From NCBI GenBank assembly GCA_963807645.1, contig CAWECO010000009.1, forward strand, positions 66,214 to 130,213: a stretch of 64,000 nucleotides of DNA, read 5' to 3'. The notes under the pieces were generated by a model. That model worked only from the letters and a program-made list of their open reading frames with translations. It did not search any database and was not told the DNA's origin. Made by a program: the position numbers and the translations under genes. Origin of the DNA: an uncultured Gemmatimonadales bacterium. GTDB taxonomy: Bacteria; Gemmatimonadota; Gemmatimonadetes; Palauibacterales; Palauibacteraceae. Below are positions 1 through 10,172 of this stretch, piece after piece; positions within the stretch are counted from its first letter, which is position 1; every line of letters starts with the position of its first letter.

Positions 1-1
1 C

Positions 2-247
2 ATCCGGGCCTCGGCGCAGAGCCTGATCGCCATCATCGCGCTCGGCCTCGGACGATTCCTGGGCAGCCTGTTCGCCGGGGGCGTGCGTGACTGGTTCACA
101 GTCGACGGTGTCACCAACTGGACGAACGTGTTCCTGGTGCCGTGCGCCCTGACCATCGTGTGCGCTGTCGCGTTCCTGCTGTTCTTCCGCGAGGAATCGG
201 GCGCCGACACCGGCCGAAGCCTGGTTGAGAAAGCGAGATCGAGTCGA
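2..247 (+). CDS. C-terminal end of a polytopic membrane transporter (MFS-like); 5' part lies outside the window; no stop codon before the next gene
   Basis: Frame open from nt 2. Two hydrophobic helices (LIAIIALGLGRFLGSLFAGG; VFLVPCALTIVCAVAFLLFF), then a polar tail that runs in frame into ATG 248. Confidence 0.4.
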
Positions 248-1496
248 ATGAGTCGAGATAGACTGGGCGTCGGCTTCGTCGGCGCCGGCTTCAACGCGCA
301 GTTCCACATCCGTTCCTGGGTCGGGGTCCGCGGCGCGGATGTCCTCGGCGTGGTCTCCAGGGACCGTGCGGAGGACGCCGCGGCCCTGGCGCGCTCGCTC
401 GGCGTCGGCGATGCGCAGGCGTATCCGTCGATCACCGACATGGTGGCCGACCCGGCGATCGACGCGATCTGGATCTGCTCCCCGAACTTCACCCGCATCG
501 AGGTGATGGAGGAGATCGTCGAGGCGATCGAGTCTGGCAAGGGCGAGCTCGTGGGCGTGGCGTGCGAGAAGCCGCTGGGCCGCAACGCCGCCGAAGCGCG
601 CCGCATGCTCGAACTGGTGGAGCGCGCGGGGCTTCTGCACGGATACCTGGAGAACCAGCTGTTCACGCCGGGGGTCGTGCGCGGTCACGACATCGTCTGG
701 TCCCGCGGGGCGGCGCTGACCGGACCTCCCTACCTGGCGCGGTCGGCCGAGGAGCACAGCGGGCCGCACATGCCGTGGTTCTGGGACGGCGAACTCCAGG
801 GTGGCGGTGTGCTGAACGACATGATGTGCCACTCGGTCGAGGTGGCCCGCTTCCTCCTCACCCCTCCGGGAGAACCGCGCGACGTCCTGACACCGGTCAA
901 GGTGACGGCCCACACCAACTGCCTGAAGTGGCAGCGCCCACGTTACCAGGCGCAGCTGGCAGACATGAGCGATGGCAAGCTGGACTACGCGAACCGCCCG
1001 GCGGAAGACTATGCTCGCGGAGTGGTGGAGTACCGGGCAGCCGATGGCACTCCGCGCATCGTCGAGGTCAGCACCTCCTGGTGCTACGTGGGAGCCGGCC
1101 TCCGGCTCAGCATGGAGCTGCTCGGTCCCGAGTACGCCATGGAGATCAACTCCCTCGACCCGGGCCTCAAGGTCTTCCTGAGCCGCGAGGTGGTCGGAGA
1201 CACGGGCGAAGACCTGGTCGAGAAGCAGAACGCCGAGACCGGGCGTGATGCCGATCGTGGCCGACGAGGAAGCCGAATACGGGTACACGGGCGAGAACCG
1301 GCACATGGTCCAGGCGTTCCGAGAGGGCCGCATGCCGGACGAGACCTTTGCCGACGGCCTGGCCGTGACCGAGCTCCTCATGACCGCCTACATGAGCGCG
1401 GAGCAGGAACGCACGATCCCCTTCCCGCCGCCAGACCTGGAGACGTTCGTCCCGGCCGTGGCGCGCGGTGAGTGGAATCCCGGGAGAGATCGATGA
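248..1496 (+). CDS. Gfo/Idh/MocA-family NAD(P)-dependent oxidoreductase, one frame break near 1240-1250
   Basis: Rossmann start LGVGFVGAGFNAQFH and EKP motif VACEKPLGRN. Track ORF 83..1471 is continued by ORF 1245..1496 (MPIVADEEAEYGYTGENRHMVQAF...). Length mod 3 = 1. Stop overlaps the next ATG (ATGA 1493-1496). Confidence 0.85.
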
Positions 1497-2250
1497 ATGC
1501 TCAGAAGATGATCATCATGCTGGTGGTGCTCGGAGCCGCCGTCTCGGGACTGACGGTTTACACGCAGGATCGAGCGACCGAAGAATCGGCCGCGGAGCCG
1601 CATAGCGGACGCACAGGAGGCGGCAGTGACGCAGGCAGCCCAGGGGCCGGTGGCCCGCATCACGGAGGAAGAACTCGCCGACGGTTTCGTTCCCCTGATC
1701 GGTGAGTGGGAGAACGGCGGATTCAACAAACACGGGTGGAACCACTACGGGCCCGGCTGGTTCACGCTCGACCACGAGACCGGCATCCTGGCGTCGCACG
1801 GCGGCATGGGCCTGCTGTGGTACTCCGCCGGAGATGTTCGGCGACTTCGTGCTGCGACTCGAGTTCAATACGTCGGTGCCCGACTCCAATTCAGGGATCT
1901 TCCTGCGCGTGCCGGAGATGGTCACCAGCGATGAGTACATCTATCACAGCTTCGAGATTCAGATTCACGCCACGGCTCCCGAGGCCATCCACCGCACAGG
2001 AGCCGTGTACGACGCCGAGGCCCCGAGTGAAGACCGGGCCAGGGAGCCGGGCGAGTGGAACGATATGGAGATCTCGTTCGTGGGCGACCGCATTACGGTA
2101 TCGCTGAACGGGGCCCGGGTGACCGACTGGGTCGCCGAGCCGCGCGGCAAGATCGCGGACTTCGCCGACCGCGGCTACATCGGCCTGCAGAACCACGATT
2201 GGGAGACGAGCGTCTACTTCCGGAACATCCGGGTGAAGAAGCTGGACTGA
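1493..2250 (+). CDS. Secreted DUF1080 (3-keto-disaccharide hydrolase-like) protein, two frame breaks (~1620, ~1830)
   Basis: Signal-like MNAQKMIIMLVVLGAAVSG. Pieces 1472.., 1626.. and 1702..2250 join to a DUF1080-type sequence (LLWYSA/EMFGDFVLRLEFN ... YIGLQNHDWETSVYFRNIRVKKLD). Length mod 3 = 2. Confidence 0.8.
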
Positions 2251-2262
2251 CGGACGGGAGTC

Positions 2263-2754
2263 TCAGTCGGCGCCCGGCTGCCGACGTTCCTCACGCAGCG
2301 CCAGCAGCTCGGCCACGGTCTCGAAGTCTCTCGGACGCCCCGCCGCACGCTTCGTGCGGATGAGCCATTCCAGCTCGAGGCACAGACAGGGGTGTCCGAA
2401 CAACTGGATTTCCACCGTGTGCGGACGCAAGTCCTCGTAGACCCCACCCCCCGTGATTTCACCGAGCAGATCGATGTCACCCGCGGTGGTCGTCAGCGTG
2501 AAGTTGAGACCGCCGCGTAGAGTAGCCACGGACCACTCGAAAGGGAGACCCGCAGGGGCACCGCGGGGGTACGGCGCGAGGGGCGCCAGCGAGTTCGCGA
2601 GCCGTTCGAGGTTTGTCTCGCTCCGAGCATAGACCACGTCGATGTCCTGCGTGAGACGCGCCGAGCCGTGTACGGTTGCGGCCAGACCGCCGACGATCAC
2701 GAATTCGACGTTCGCGTTCACCAGGGCGTCGAGGAAAGCCCGGAAGTCGGTCAT
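2263..2754 (-). CDS. Small (163 aa) minimal nucleotidyltransferase-fold protein; candidate toxin/effector of a two-gene cassette
   Basis: Intact ORF. NTase-fold signature VGGLAATVHGSARLTQDIDVVY (G-G ... D-x-D) and later GDIDLLGE. 4-nt ATGA overlap with the upstream gene. Confidence 0.7.
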   Translation of the reverse strand: MTDFRAFLDALVNANVEFVIVGGLAATVHGSARLTQDIDVVYARSETNLERLANSLAPLAPYPRGAPAGLPFEWSVATLRGGLNFTLTTTAGDIDLLGEITGGGVYEDLRPHTVEIQLFGHPCLCLELEWLIRTKRAAGRPRDFETVAELLALREERRQPGAD

Positions 2755-3125
2755 CTCGCGGCCTCTCCGGCTCGTCTCGCCTCAGAGGCAAGGCGCTGGA
2801 GGGCGAGGAGGTTGTCTACTCTCTCCTGGACCGTGCGCCGCAGGTTCTCCCGCAGCAAGGTCCGATCCACGCCCTTCTGGTACAGTTCAATGACCTTGTC
2901 CCGATCGACGTCGATCGACTCAGCGGCTGTCCAGATCGGCCGGGTGCGCGCTGATTGCGCCTCGTCGACGATCGCCTCGTACGTCTCGGCGGCGTACACC
3001 ACGAGCTCCGCCCTCCCATTGACCGTAAGCACCTCCGGTCGCCCCGTCTCACGGAGTCGGCGGATGTGCTCCCGCGTCCTTCTCTGGAAATCGCTGAGCG
3101 AGAAGATGTCGGCCACTCTAAACAT
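2751..3125 (-). CDS. Phd/YefM-like antitoxin-fold N-domain fused to an Arg-rich helical C-domain (124 aa)
   Basis: ATG at 3125. SLSDFQRRTREHIRRLRETGRPEVLTVNGRAELVVYAAETYEAIVDE resembles Phd/YefM. It sits inside the long track ORF 2751..4442 only because that frame stays open. Translationally coupled to the NTase gene. Confidence 0.65.
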   Translation of the reverse strand: MFRVADIFSLSDFQRRTREHIRRLRETGRPEVLTVNGRAELVVYAAETYEAIVDEAQSARTRPIWTAAESIDVDRDKVIELYQKGVDRTLLRENLRRTVQERVDNLLALQRLASEARRAGEAAR

Positions 3126-3195
3126 ACAATCAACTCTCGGGACCGGTATCACAGTCAATTTACTGCTAATAACATGACATCGATCCACCGTGCCG

Positions 3196-4442
3196 TCAAT
3201 TCCCGGGCAACACCCTCCGCACGTGGGACGCCAGGTACGCCGTGCTGAGCACCCTCCCGCCGACGTACGACACGAACGCCGCCGTGACCCCCACCCATCC
3301 GAGCCACCACCCTCCGACCGATGAACAGGATCGCGATCGCGCTCACCTCGATCATCGTGGCCACCGTGATCGGGCGCGTGACGCGGGACTGCATGAGGAT
3401 CGCCCGCTGGAACGACAGCAGTACCGACAGCGCGGGTAGAATCACGAGAATGCGGGTGGGTGTGTAGGCGAACGACGCCAGCTCGGGCGAGAGACCCGAG
3501 ATCGTGACGAACCACACGTCGGCCAGCGGCGTGAAGGCCACCGCCGCCAGTCCTGCCGTCGCGGCCAGCCCCAGCACGGCGCCGAAGCGCGCCAGCTCCG
3601 GAAAGTGCTCGTTGTCCCGACCCAGCAGGGCGATCGCCGCGTCCTGGAAGCTGAGTCCGAGGGCCCGGAAGATGAAGGAGAGGGCGTGGACCACCGGAAA
3701 TACGGCCAGCGACTCGACCGGAGACGCGGCCCGGCCCATGAAGAACGTGAGCATCGGGTGCACCATCAGCCCGATCACGGACGTGAGAAGCAGAGGGAAG
3801 TAGAAGTGAGAGATGCGCCGGTACCCGAGGAGCGGCGCGTCTGGCGTCCACTCGATCCGGTCCCGCAAGCAGTTCGCGGATGGCGCCCGAGGCCATCCAG
3901 CGGGCCGCGATCGCCTCGGTGATCACGGCCGCGGACAGCGACGCCGCTCCGATCCAGGCCCCGGGGAAGTCGGTCATCACGACCAGGATGACGGCTGTCG
4001 TGGCCATCGCCGCCAGTCGAATCACCGTGCCTGTGGCCACGAGTCGTGTGCGCCCCGAACGGATCAACACGCCCTGCACGAACCGCCGCATCCCGATGGC
4101 TGCCGGCCACGGGAGGAACAGCCATAGGGCCCCGTAAGTCAGGTCCGCGATCTCCGGCGGCAGGCCGATCAGCGTGCGCATGACGAAGTCGAACACGGGC
4201 GGGATCAACGCGATCAGAAGCATCGCGGTCGACCCGATGTTCAGGGCGTTCGCGAAGTTCCTCAGCTTCCGGTAGCTGCCCGCGTCCTCGACCAGGGCCG
4301 TCGAGGCGCTCATCAGCATGATGACCGGCGCCTCGATCAGGATCGCGAAGGCGAAGGCCACCCCGTGCGCCGCCAGGTTGAACTTGGGATCCGGAAGGCG
4401 GGCGATCACGGCCGCCAGGAATGGCCCCTCGGCGGCCATCAT
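3196..4442 (-). CDS. MATE/MOP-superfamily-like polytopic membrane protein, two frame breaks (~3870, ~3320); N-terminus may extend upstream
   Basis: Track ORF 2751..4442 N-part (MMAAEGPFLAAVIARL...) is continued by ORF 3155..3868, then by a third frame (WWLGWVGVTAAFVSYVGGRVLSTAYLASHVRRVLPGN, stop at 3196-3198). Hydrophobic throughout. Length mod 3 = 2. Confidence 0.6.
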
Positions 4443-4506
4443 GAGCCAGGTGGAGGCCAGCGGCGCCCAGAACCGGAAGATGTGGCGGTTGGAGAGGCGC
4501 CCGGAC

Positions 4507-5505
4507 TCAGGAGTATTCAGGCGTCAGCTTCTCCCGCACCCGCTCGAGCAGGGCTTTTGTCAGGCGGATTCCCTCGGGTTCCGGCAAACGGACGCCCTCG
4601 TACTCGATTCCGATCCAACCGCGGTATCCCGAATCGAGCACGATGCGGACCAGCTGCTCGTAGTCCAGGTTCACCTCTTCGCCGCCGGGATCGAAGTCGT
4701 TCGTCTTGGCGGAAACCGCCCTGGCGTAGGGCATCATCTGCTCGACACCGCGGTAGTTGTCGTAACGTTCGCTCTCGCTGATACGGAAATTTCCGAAGTC
4801 GGGCAGCGTTCCGAGGCGCGGATGATCGCCGGCTTCGATCACCGATGACAGCCATCGGCCGTTGCTGGACAGCCCGCCGTGGTTCTCGACGATGACGTTG
4901 ATTCCGTATGAGGCGCCGAACTCGGCGAGCCGGTGCAGTCCGTCGGCGGCCAGGTCACGCTGCTCTTCCCAGCTGCCCTCGCTCGCCGCGTTGACGCGGA
5001 TCGAGTGACAACCGAGGAGACGCGCGGCCTCGACCCACCGGTAGTGATTCTCGACCGCCGTCGTGCGGGCCGAGTCGTCCGGGTCACCGAGGCGCCCCTC
5101 GCCGTCGCACATGATCAGCAGGCTCCGGACCCCTTCCGACTCGCAGCGATCCTTCAGGGTCATCAGGTAGCCCTGGTCTTCGGCCTTGTCCTTGAAGAAC
5201 GAATTCACGTACTCGATCGCGTCGATTCCGAACTCGCGGCGCGCCACGCGAGGGAAGTCCAGGTGGTCCAGCTTCCCGTCGTACAGCGCCCTGTGAAGCG
5301 ACCACTCGGCGAGGGAAATCCCGAACAGCGGCTCCGGGCCTTCGTTCGCGAACGAGCCGAAGTCGGGTGCAGGGTCGGCGCGGAGTCCACTGGCGAACGA
5401 CGCCCGGCCGACCTGGCTCAGAACGAGACCGGCGGCTCCGGCCGTCATCCGCCTCACGAAGCGGCGCCGGTCGAGCCTCGGCCGAGGCGACTGCTGGTTG
5501 CCCAT
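4507..5505 (-). CDS. Sugar phosphate isomerase/epimerase (xylose-isomerase-like TIM barrel) with Tat-type signal
   Basis: Intact 332-aa ORF. Twin-arginine N-terminus [21 protein letters not shown]-barrel family motifs incl. [10 protein letters not shown]. Confidence 0.85.
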   Translation of the reverse strand: MGNQQSPRPRLDRRRFVRRMTAGAAGLVLSQVGRASFASGLRADPAPDFGSFANEGPEPLFGISLAEWSLHRALYDGKLDHLDFPRVARREFGIDAIEYVNSFFKDKAEDQGYLMTLKDRCESEGVRSLLIMCDGEGRLGDPDDSARTTAVENHYRWVEAARLLGCHSIRVNAASEGSWEEQRDLAADGLHRLAEFGASYGINVIVENHGGLSSNGRWLSSVIEAGDHPRLGTLPDFGNFRISESERYDNYRGVEQMMPYARAVSAKTNDFDPGGEEVNLDYEQLVRIVLDSGYRGWIGIEYEGVRLPEPEGIRLTKALLERVREKLTPEYS

Positions 5506-5625
5506 TGCTTTCTCCTTGCCGGGGACTGTCCCGGCCGCGAGAATCCTGCACGTACCTGGTGGTGCCGGGAAACTACTGCCTCACACGCTCGGACACAGCG
5601 TCCGGTTTCGACGGAGTCTCGACCC

Positions 5626-6917
5626 ATGCTGCTCGCTCTTCAGACAACCACGAATCCGGCCTGGTTCAACGCGGCCCGCGAGTGGCTCGCGGCGCGCCCG
5701 ACCCTGGAAACGGCCGCCGGGATCGTGGCCCTTCTCGGCGTGGCCTGGCTGGCCAACCTCTTGGCCCGCCGGTACCTCGTGCGCCTCGTCGAGCGGCTGA
5801 CCGCGAAGTCCCCGATCGATTGGGACAACGTCGTGGCCCACCACGGCGTGTTCCGGCGCCTGGCCCATCTGATTCCGCTGGCGATCGTCTACTACGGGAT
5901 CGACCTCGTACCGAACGTCCCGCCAGGTGTCTACAACACGATCGAGAACGTCGCGATCGTCCTCATGGTGTGGACCCTCATCCGTTCGGCGGACGGGCTC
6001 GTGAACGCGGTCGGCGCAGATCTATGATGGGCTGCACGTCGCGAAAGACCGGCCTATCCGGGGCTTCCTGCAGCTGTTCAAGATCTTCATGTACGTGACT
6101 GGGCGGGATCCTCATCGTGGCCATCGCGATCGGCGAGTCTCCGCTGGTGTTGCTCGGCGGCTTCGGGGCCATGACGGCCGTCCTCATGCTGGTGTTCAAG
6201 GACACGATCCTCTCGGTGGTGGCCAGCATCCAGATCGCCAGCAACGACATGATCCGCATCGGCGACTGGGTCGAGATGCCGAAGTACGGGGCGGACGGCG
6301 ACGTGGTCGAGATCGCCCTCCACACCGTGAAGATCCAGAACTGGGACAAGACCGTCACCACCATCCCGACGCATGCGTTCAGCAGCGACTGGTTCCGCAA
6401 CTGGCGATTCATGTCCGAATCGGGCGGGCGCCGGATCCGGCGGGACCTATACGTGGACCAGTCCACGATTCGGTTCCTGGGGGACGGAGAGATCGATCGA
6501 TTCAAGCGCTTCGACCTGCTTCGCGAGTATATCGCCGGGAAGGAAGCGGTCCTGACGGATGTGAATCGACCGGTCGAGGCGGCGCACGAAGATCCGGTCA
6601 ACGCCCGCCGGCTCACCAACGTCGGTACGTTCAGGGCCTACATCTTCAACTACCTGCGGAATCATCCGCAGATCAGGCAGGACATGACCCTCCTGGTGCG
6701 GCAACGCGAGCCGACCCCTGATGGATTGCCGATCCAGATCTACTGCTTCACATCAACCACGAAGTGGGCGGAGTACGAGGGGATCCAGTCGGACATCTTC
6801 GATCACATCCTGGCCATCGTACCGGAGTTCGGGCTCAGGGTGTTCCAGCACCCGTCCGGCCAGGATCTGCGGGAAATCCGGATCGGCCTTGAAACGCCTG
6901 CGACGCAGGGCACGTAG
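5626..6917 (+). CDS. MscS-family mechanosensitive channel, two frame breaks (~6015, ~6100)
   Basis: N-terminal TM part lies in track ORF 4933..6027 from ATG 5626, a short middle piece in ORF 6089.., and the body in ORF 6117..6917 (IRIGDWVEMPKYGADGDVVEIALHTVKIQNWDKTVTTIPTHAF). Length mod 3 = 2. Confidence 0.85.
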
Positions 6918-6959
6918 GTTCCGGTCCGGAGGCAGGGTCACTACTTATGGCGGGTACCC

Positions 6960-7358
6960 ATGAACGAGAGCTACGCACCTGAGCGCCGGGACGCGGCGGT
7001 CGCGACATTTCCCGAGTACCGGAGTCGGTGGAAGCTGGCGCGCGACCTCGGTGTGTTCGAGCTCAAGCTGGCGGTCGATGGGTTGAAAGACCTGATCCTC
7101 GCCCCGCTCGCCCTGGCCGCCGTCATCGCGGACATGGTGATGCCTGCCGAGACTCGGGGAGTCTTCCTGCGTGCCGTGATCGCGATCGGCGAACGGTTCG
7201 AAAGGTGGCTGAACCTGTACGGCCTGAAACGGCGCGAGGCGACGAGTACGATCCTCGACGAAGGAGGGTCGGACGTGATCGTCGACTACGTCGAGAGCAA
7301 GAACTCGGATCTGCACCGGGGGCTGAAGGACAGAAAACGCGGCAAGCCGCAGCCCTGA
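6960..7358 (+). CDS. Hypothetical small membrane protein (132 aa)
   Basis: Intact ORF with one clear hydrophobic segment (LKDLILAPLALAAVIADMVM). No family recognised. Confidence 0.5.
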   Translation: MNESYAPERRDAAVATFPEYRSRWKLARDLGVFELKLAVDGLKDLILAPLALAAVIADMVMPAETRGVFLRAVIAIGERFERWLNLYGLKRREATSTILDEGGSDVIVDYVESKNSDLHRGLKDRKRGKPQP

Positions 7359-7401
7359 GTCCGCCTGGAGCTCGAGCGCGCCTCGCGCTAGCTCCGACCG
7401 G

Positions 7402-8830
7402 TCATTCGATGCCCGTGCGCTCTGCGATCCAGTCCGCGATCCGCGCGAGCGCGACCGGCGACATGGTCTCTTCGATCCGAACGTATTCCGCGGGTGCCCC
7501 CGTCTCGGCCGCCTGGAACAGGTGATTCAGACCCGGCAGGACTTCCGCGGTGACATCCGGGTTTCCGCCATCACGCAGAGCGTCTTCCACCGGGAGCAGG
7601 TTCTCGGTCGGCGGAACCTGCGTGTCTTTTTCCCCGTTCAGGACCAGCACCGGTATCGACAGCTTGCGCAGTTCGGGAAGCGGGTCGTACACCAGGAAGT
7701 ACTTCATCCACGGGGAGAGCAGGCCCCGTACCTGGCCTTCGGCCGCGTCGCCCGATAGTCCGGCCTCGGCGAGGATCGTTCGCGCCCGCTCTGCCGCCAC
7801 GCTGTCGTTCTCGGCGGCCATGACCACGTCGAGAAGCTCCCCCTGGACGCGGGCGCGCTGTTCGATCACCCCCTCAGACACACCGGACGCCCGATTGATG
7901 GCCTTCGCCTGCATGACCAGCAGTTCCCGGCCGTTCACGCCCGTACTCGCCAGGAGCACGGCGAACGCAATATCTCGCCGCCCGGTTCGCCGCCATCGGC
8001 GCCACGATCGCTCCCTCGCTGTGCCCCACCAGTCCGATTCTCGCCGGGATCCAGCTTCGGGACGCGTTCTGCAGAAACGCCACGGCGGCCAGCGCGTCGC
8101 TCGCGAAGTCAGGCGTGGTCGCGACCGCGAAGTCGCCGGTGGACTCGCCGATGCCCCGGTCGTCACATCGGAGGACCGCGATGCCCCGCCGGGTCAGGTA
8201 GTCCGCGAGCACGAGGAACGGCCGGTGCCCGAACACGGTCTCGTCCCGGTCCTGCGGCCCCGAGCCGGAGATCAGCACGACCGCCGGGTGCGGTCCGTCA
8301 CCTGCCGGGATCGTCAGCGTCCCGGCGAGCCGGATGCCGGCCTCGGGATTGTCGAATTCGACGTCCAACGCTTCGTAAGGGAACGGAGGCTGCGGCTCCT
8401 GCGGCCGTTTCGGCGCCAAGGCGTCGGCGTCACCGCGTTCGAGGAGAAGCGGGAAGCTCGCGCCGCCCTGGGACCAGCTCCCCTCGATCGCTTCTCCTTC
8501 GACGGATAACCGACCCGTGTACTCGCCCCCGACCATCGCGAACTCGAATCGAACGGATCCGTCCTCCTCCGCTTCGACCGCGGACAGCGCGAGACCGTAG
8601 GCTCCCTGATCCGGGCTGTCCATGGTGCCTGACAGTTGTCCCTCCTCGCCGCGTGCGATGTGGAAGACCAGGCTCAGCTCCTGGCCCGCCGCGTCGAGCG
8701 TGCCGGCCCACGTCCCGGCGACATCCGGCCGATCGGGGCGCTCCTGGGCTCCGGCCGGGTTCATCGCCCCGACTCCCAGAGCGAGACACAACGCCACGAT
8801 GCGGGCGACGTCATATTCATCCGTTCTCAC
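7402..8830 (-). CDS. Secreted alpha/beta hydrolase with N-terminal lipocalin-like domain, one frame break (~7975-7990)
   Basis: Signal peptide and nucleophile elbow LVGHSEGA. ORF 7874..8830 is continued by ORF 7402..8166 (RDIAFAVLLASTGVNG...LNHLFQ). Length mod 3 = 1. Confidence 0.8.
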
Positions 8831-8909
8831 TTCAGCCCTCGGTGTATGTGCGAGGGGCGCCTGGTGGGCGCCCCTCGCGATGATGGTCGATGCGTGGCCG
8901 CTGCCTGCG

Positions 8910-9320
8910 CTACTCGGACTCTTCGGCCAGCTTCAGGTCCAGCGGGAACGACTGGCCGGCCTGGTTGAAGTTCCCGGCCATGACCCCTTCCTCGTTCAAC
9001 GTTCCGTCGAACCCACCGCTGCCCGGGATCTCGCAACCGGAGACATGAAGTTCGGCACCCTCGGTCGTGGTCTCGGTGCAGGCGATCCCCGCCGCTCCCT
9101 GGGTCGGCACGTCAATCGTCGTGCTCAGGGTCCCGTCTTCTCCCTCGACGACCTTGAAGATGAGCTCGACCTCCATGCCGTTGGGCGCGGACAGGACTCC
9201 CGCCCAGTCGCCGGTCAACGTGGTCTCCTGCGCCGCCAGGTCCTGCGCCGGCGCGAACGCGGCCAGCGCGGCAAGCACGGCGAGCATGGCAACGACAGCC
9301 CTTCTCGTATTCTCGAACAT
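8910..9320 (-). CDS. Secreted 136-aa protein, paralogous to the N-terminal domain of the adjacent hydrolase
   Basis: ATG 9320 (MFENTRRAVVAMLAVLAALAAFAPAQ signal). GDWAGVL...ELIFKV...GTLS.TIDVPTQGAAG...QAGQSFPLDLKL aligns with GTWAGTL...SLVFHI...GQLSGTMDSPDQGAYG...QGGASFPLLLER in 7402..8830. Confidence 0.65.
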   Translation of the reverse strand: MFENTRRAVVAMLAVLAALAAFAPAQDLAAQETTLTGDWAGVLSAPNGMEVELIFKVVEGEDGTLSTTIDVPTQGAAGIACTETTTEGAELHVSGCEIPGSGGFDGTLNEEGVMAGNFNQAGQSFPLDLKLAEESE

Positions 9321-9375
9321 CGGATTCTCCTCTTCGGGTGGTTCAGTAAGCGCCCGCTCGCGGGCGTCGGTGTGA

Positions 9376-9714
9376 TCAGAAGCCGGTGACTTCCGGTTCC
9401 TTCTCGAGTCGCACGGCATCGCCGTACGCCAGGATCTCGGATGCCGAGCCCATCACGTACGAGGTCGCGAAACGGAGGTTCACGATGGCGTCGGCTCCGG
9501 CCTCCTCGGCTTCGGCCACCATTCGGTCCAGCGCCTGCTCGCGTGACTCGGCCATCATCTTGGTGTATTCGCTGACCTCGCCGCCCACGATGTTGCGGAA
9601 CCCGGCCAGGATGTCCTTGCCCACGTGTCGCGCCCGTATCGTGTTGCCGCGGACGAGACCCAGTGTCTGGGTAATGCGGTGACCGGCGACGGCCGCCGAC
9701 GGGGTGATCATCAT
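9376..9714 (-). CDS. YbjQ/UPF0145-family protein
   Basis: 112 aa from ATG 9714. ITQTLGLVRGNTIRARHVGKDILAGFRNIVGGEVSEYTKMMAESREQAL is typical of YbjQ family. Confidence 0.8.
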   Translation of the reverse strand: MMITPSAAVAGHRITQTLGLVRGNTIRARHVGKDILAGFRNIVGGEVSEYTKMMAESREQALDRMVAEAEEAGADAIVNLRFATSYVMGSASEILAYGDAVRLEKEPEVTGF

Positions 9715-10172
9715 CGCTCGATCTCCTTGTAAGGATCGGTCTGACTCACGAAGATCCGGTGCCTGAGCACGGACACGAGGAGCATGACGAGTCCCACGAT
9801 GAGGGCGAGGATGCTCCACTTCACGACGGTCGGCAGATCGTTGTCGGCCATGAGGTCGCGTACCACCTGCCAGGCGCCCCACGAGCCGAACACGATCGCC
9901 CCCACCGAAACGAGGATCCATGCCACGCCCCGTTCGAATCGACTGTACACGCTGGTCCAGTAGCCGGCCCACATCTCTTCCGGCGGATCTCGAAATTTCA
10001 TGTTCGCCGTCACCTCCTTGAGCTTCGAGAGACGATCCCACTCGTCCCGCAGCTCCGGGTTGTCCGATAGCAGTCGATCGAGCTCCGCCCGCTCGGCAGG
10101 TTCCAGCTCGCCGTCGAGCGCCCGCATCAGGAGCTCTTCGTTTCGGCCGATCCGGCCTCCATCGTCCGTCAT
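9711..10172 (-). CDS. Putative anti-sigma factor (single-pass membrane protein)
   Basis: 153 aa from ATG 10172, overlapping the sigma gene stop (ATGA). N-terminal cytoplasmic helix region (LMRALDGELEPAERAELDRLLSDNPELRDEW), then TM segments. Confidence 0.65.
   Translation of the reverse strand: MTDDGGRIGRNEELLMRALDGELEPAERAELDRLLSDNPELRDEWDRLSKLKEVTANMKFRDPPEEMWAGYWTSVYSRFERGVAWILVSVGAIVFGSWGAWQVVRDLMADNDLPTVVKWSILALIVGLVMLLVSVLRHRIFVSQTDPYKEIER

Noticed and set aside
2751-4442. Track ORFs that look like single large proteins: 2751..4442 (563 aa), 83..1471, 9376..10215, 9711..10772, 49105..51234 (709 aa), 55598..57040, 13555..14847, 42171..43457
   Set aside because: They are composites. A real gene at one end is joined to out-of-frame read-through of a neighbour or to upstream non-coding sequence, because the frame happens to stay open. 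Internal start codons with an RBS and family boundaries define the real genes.
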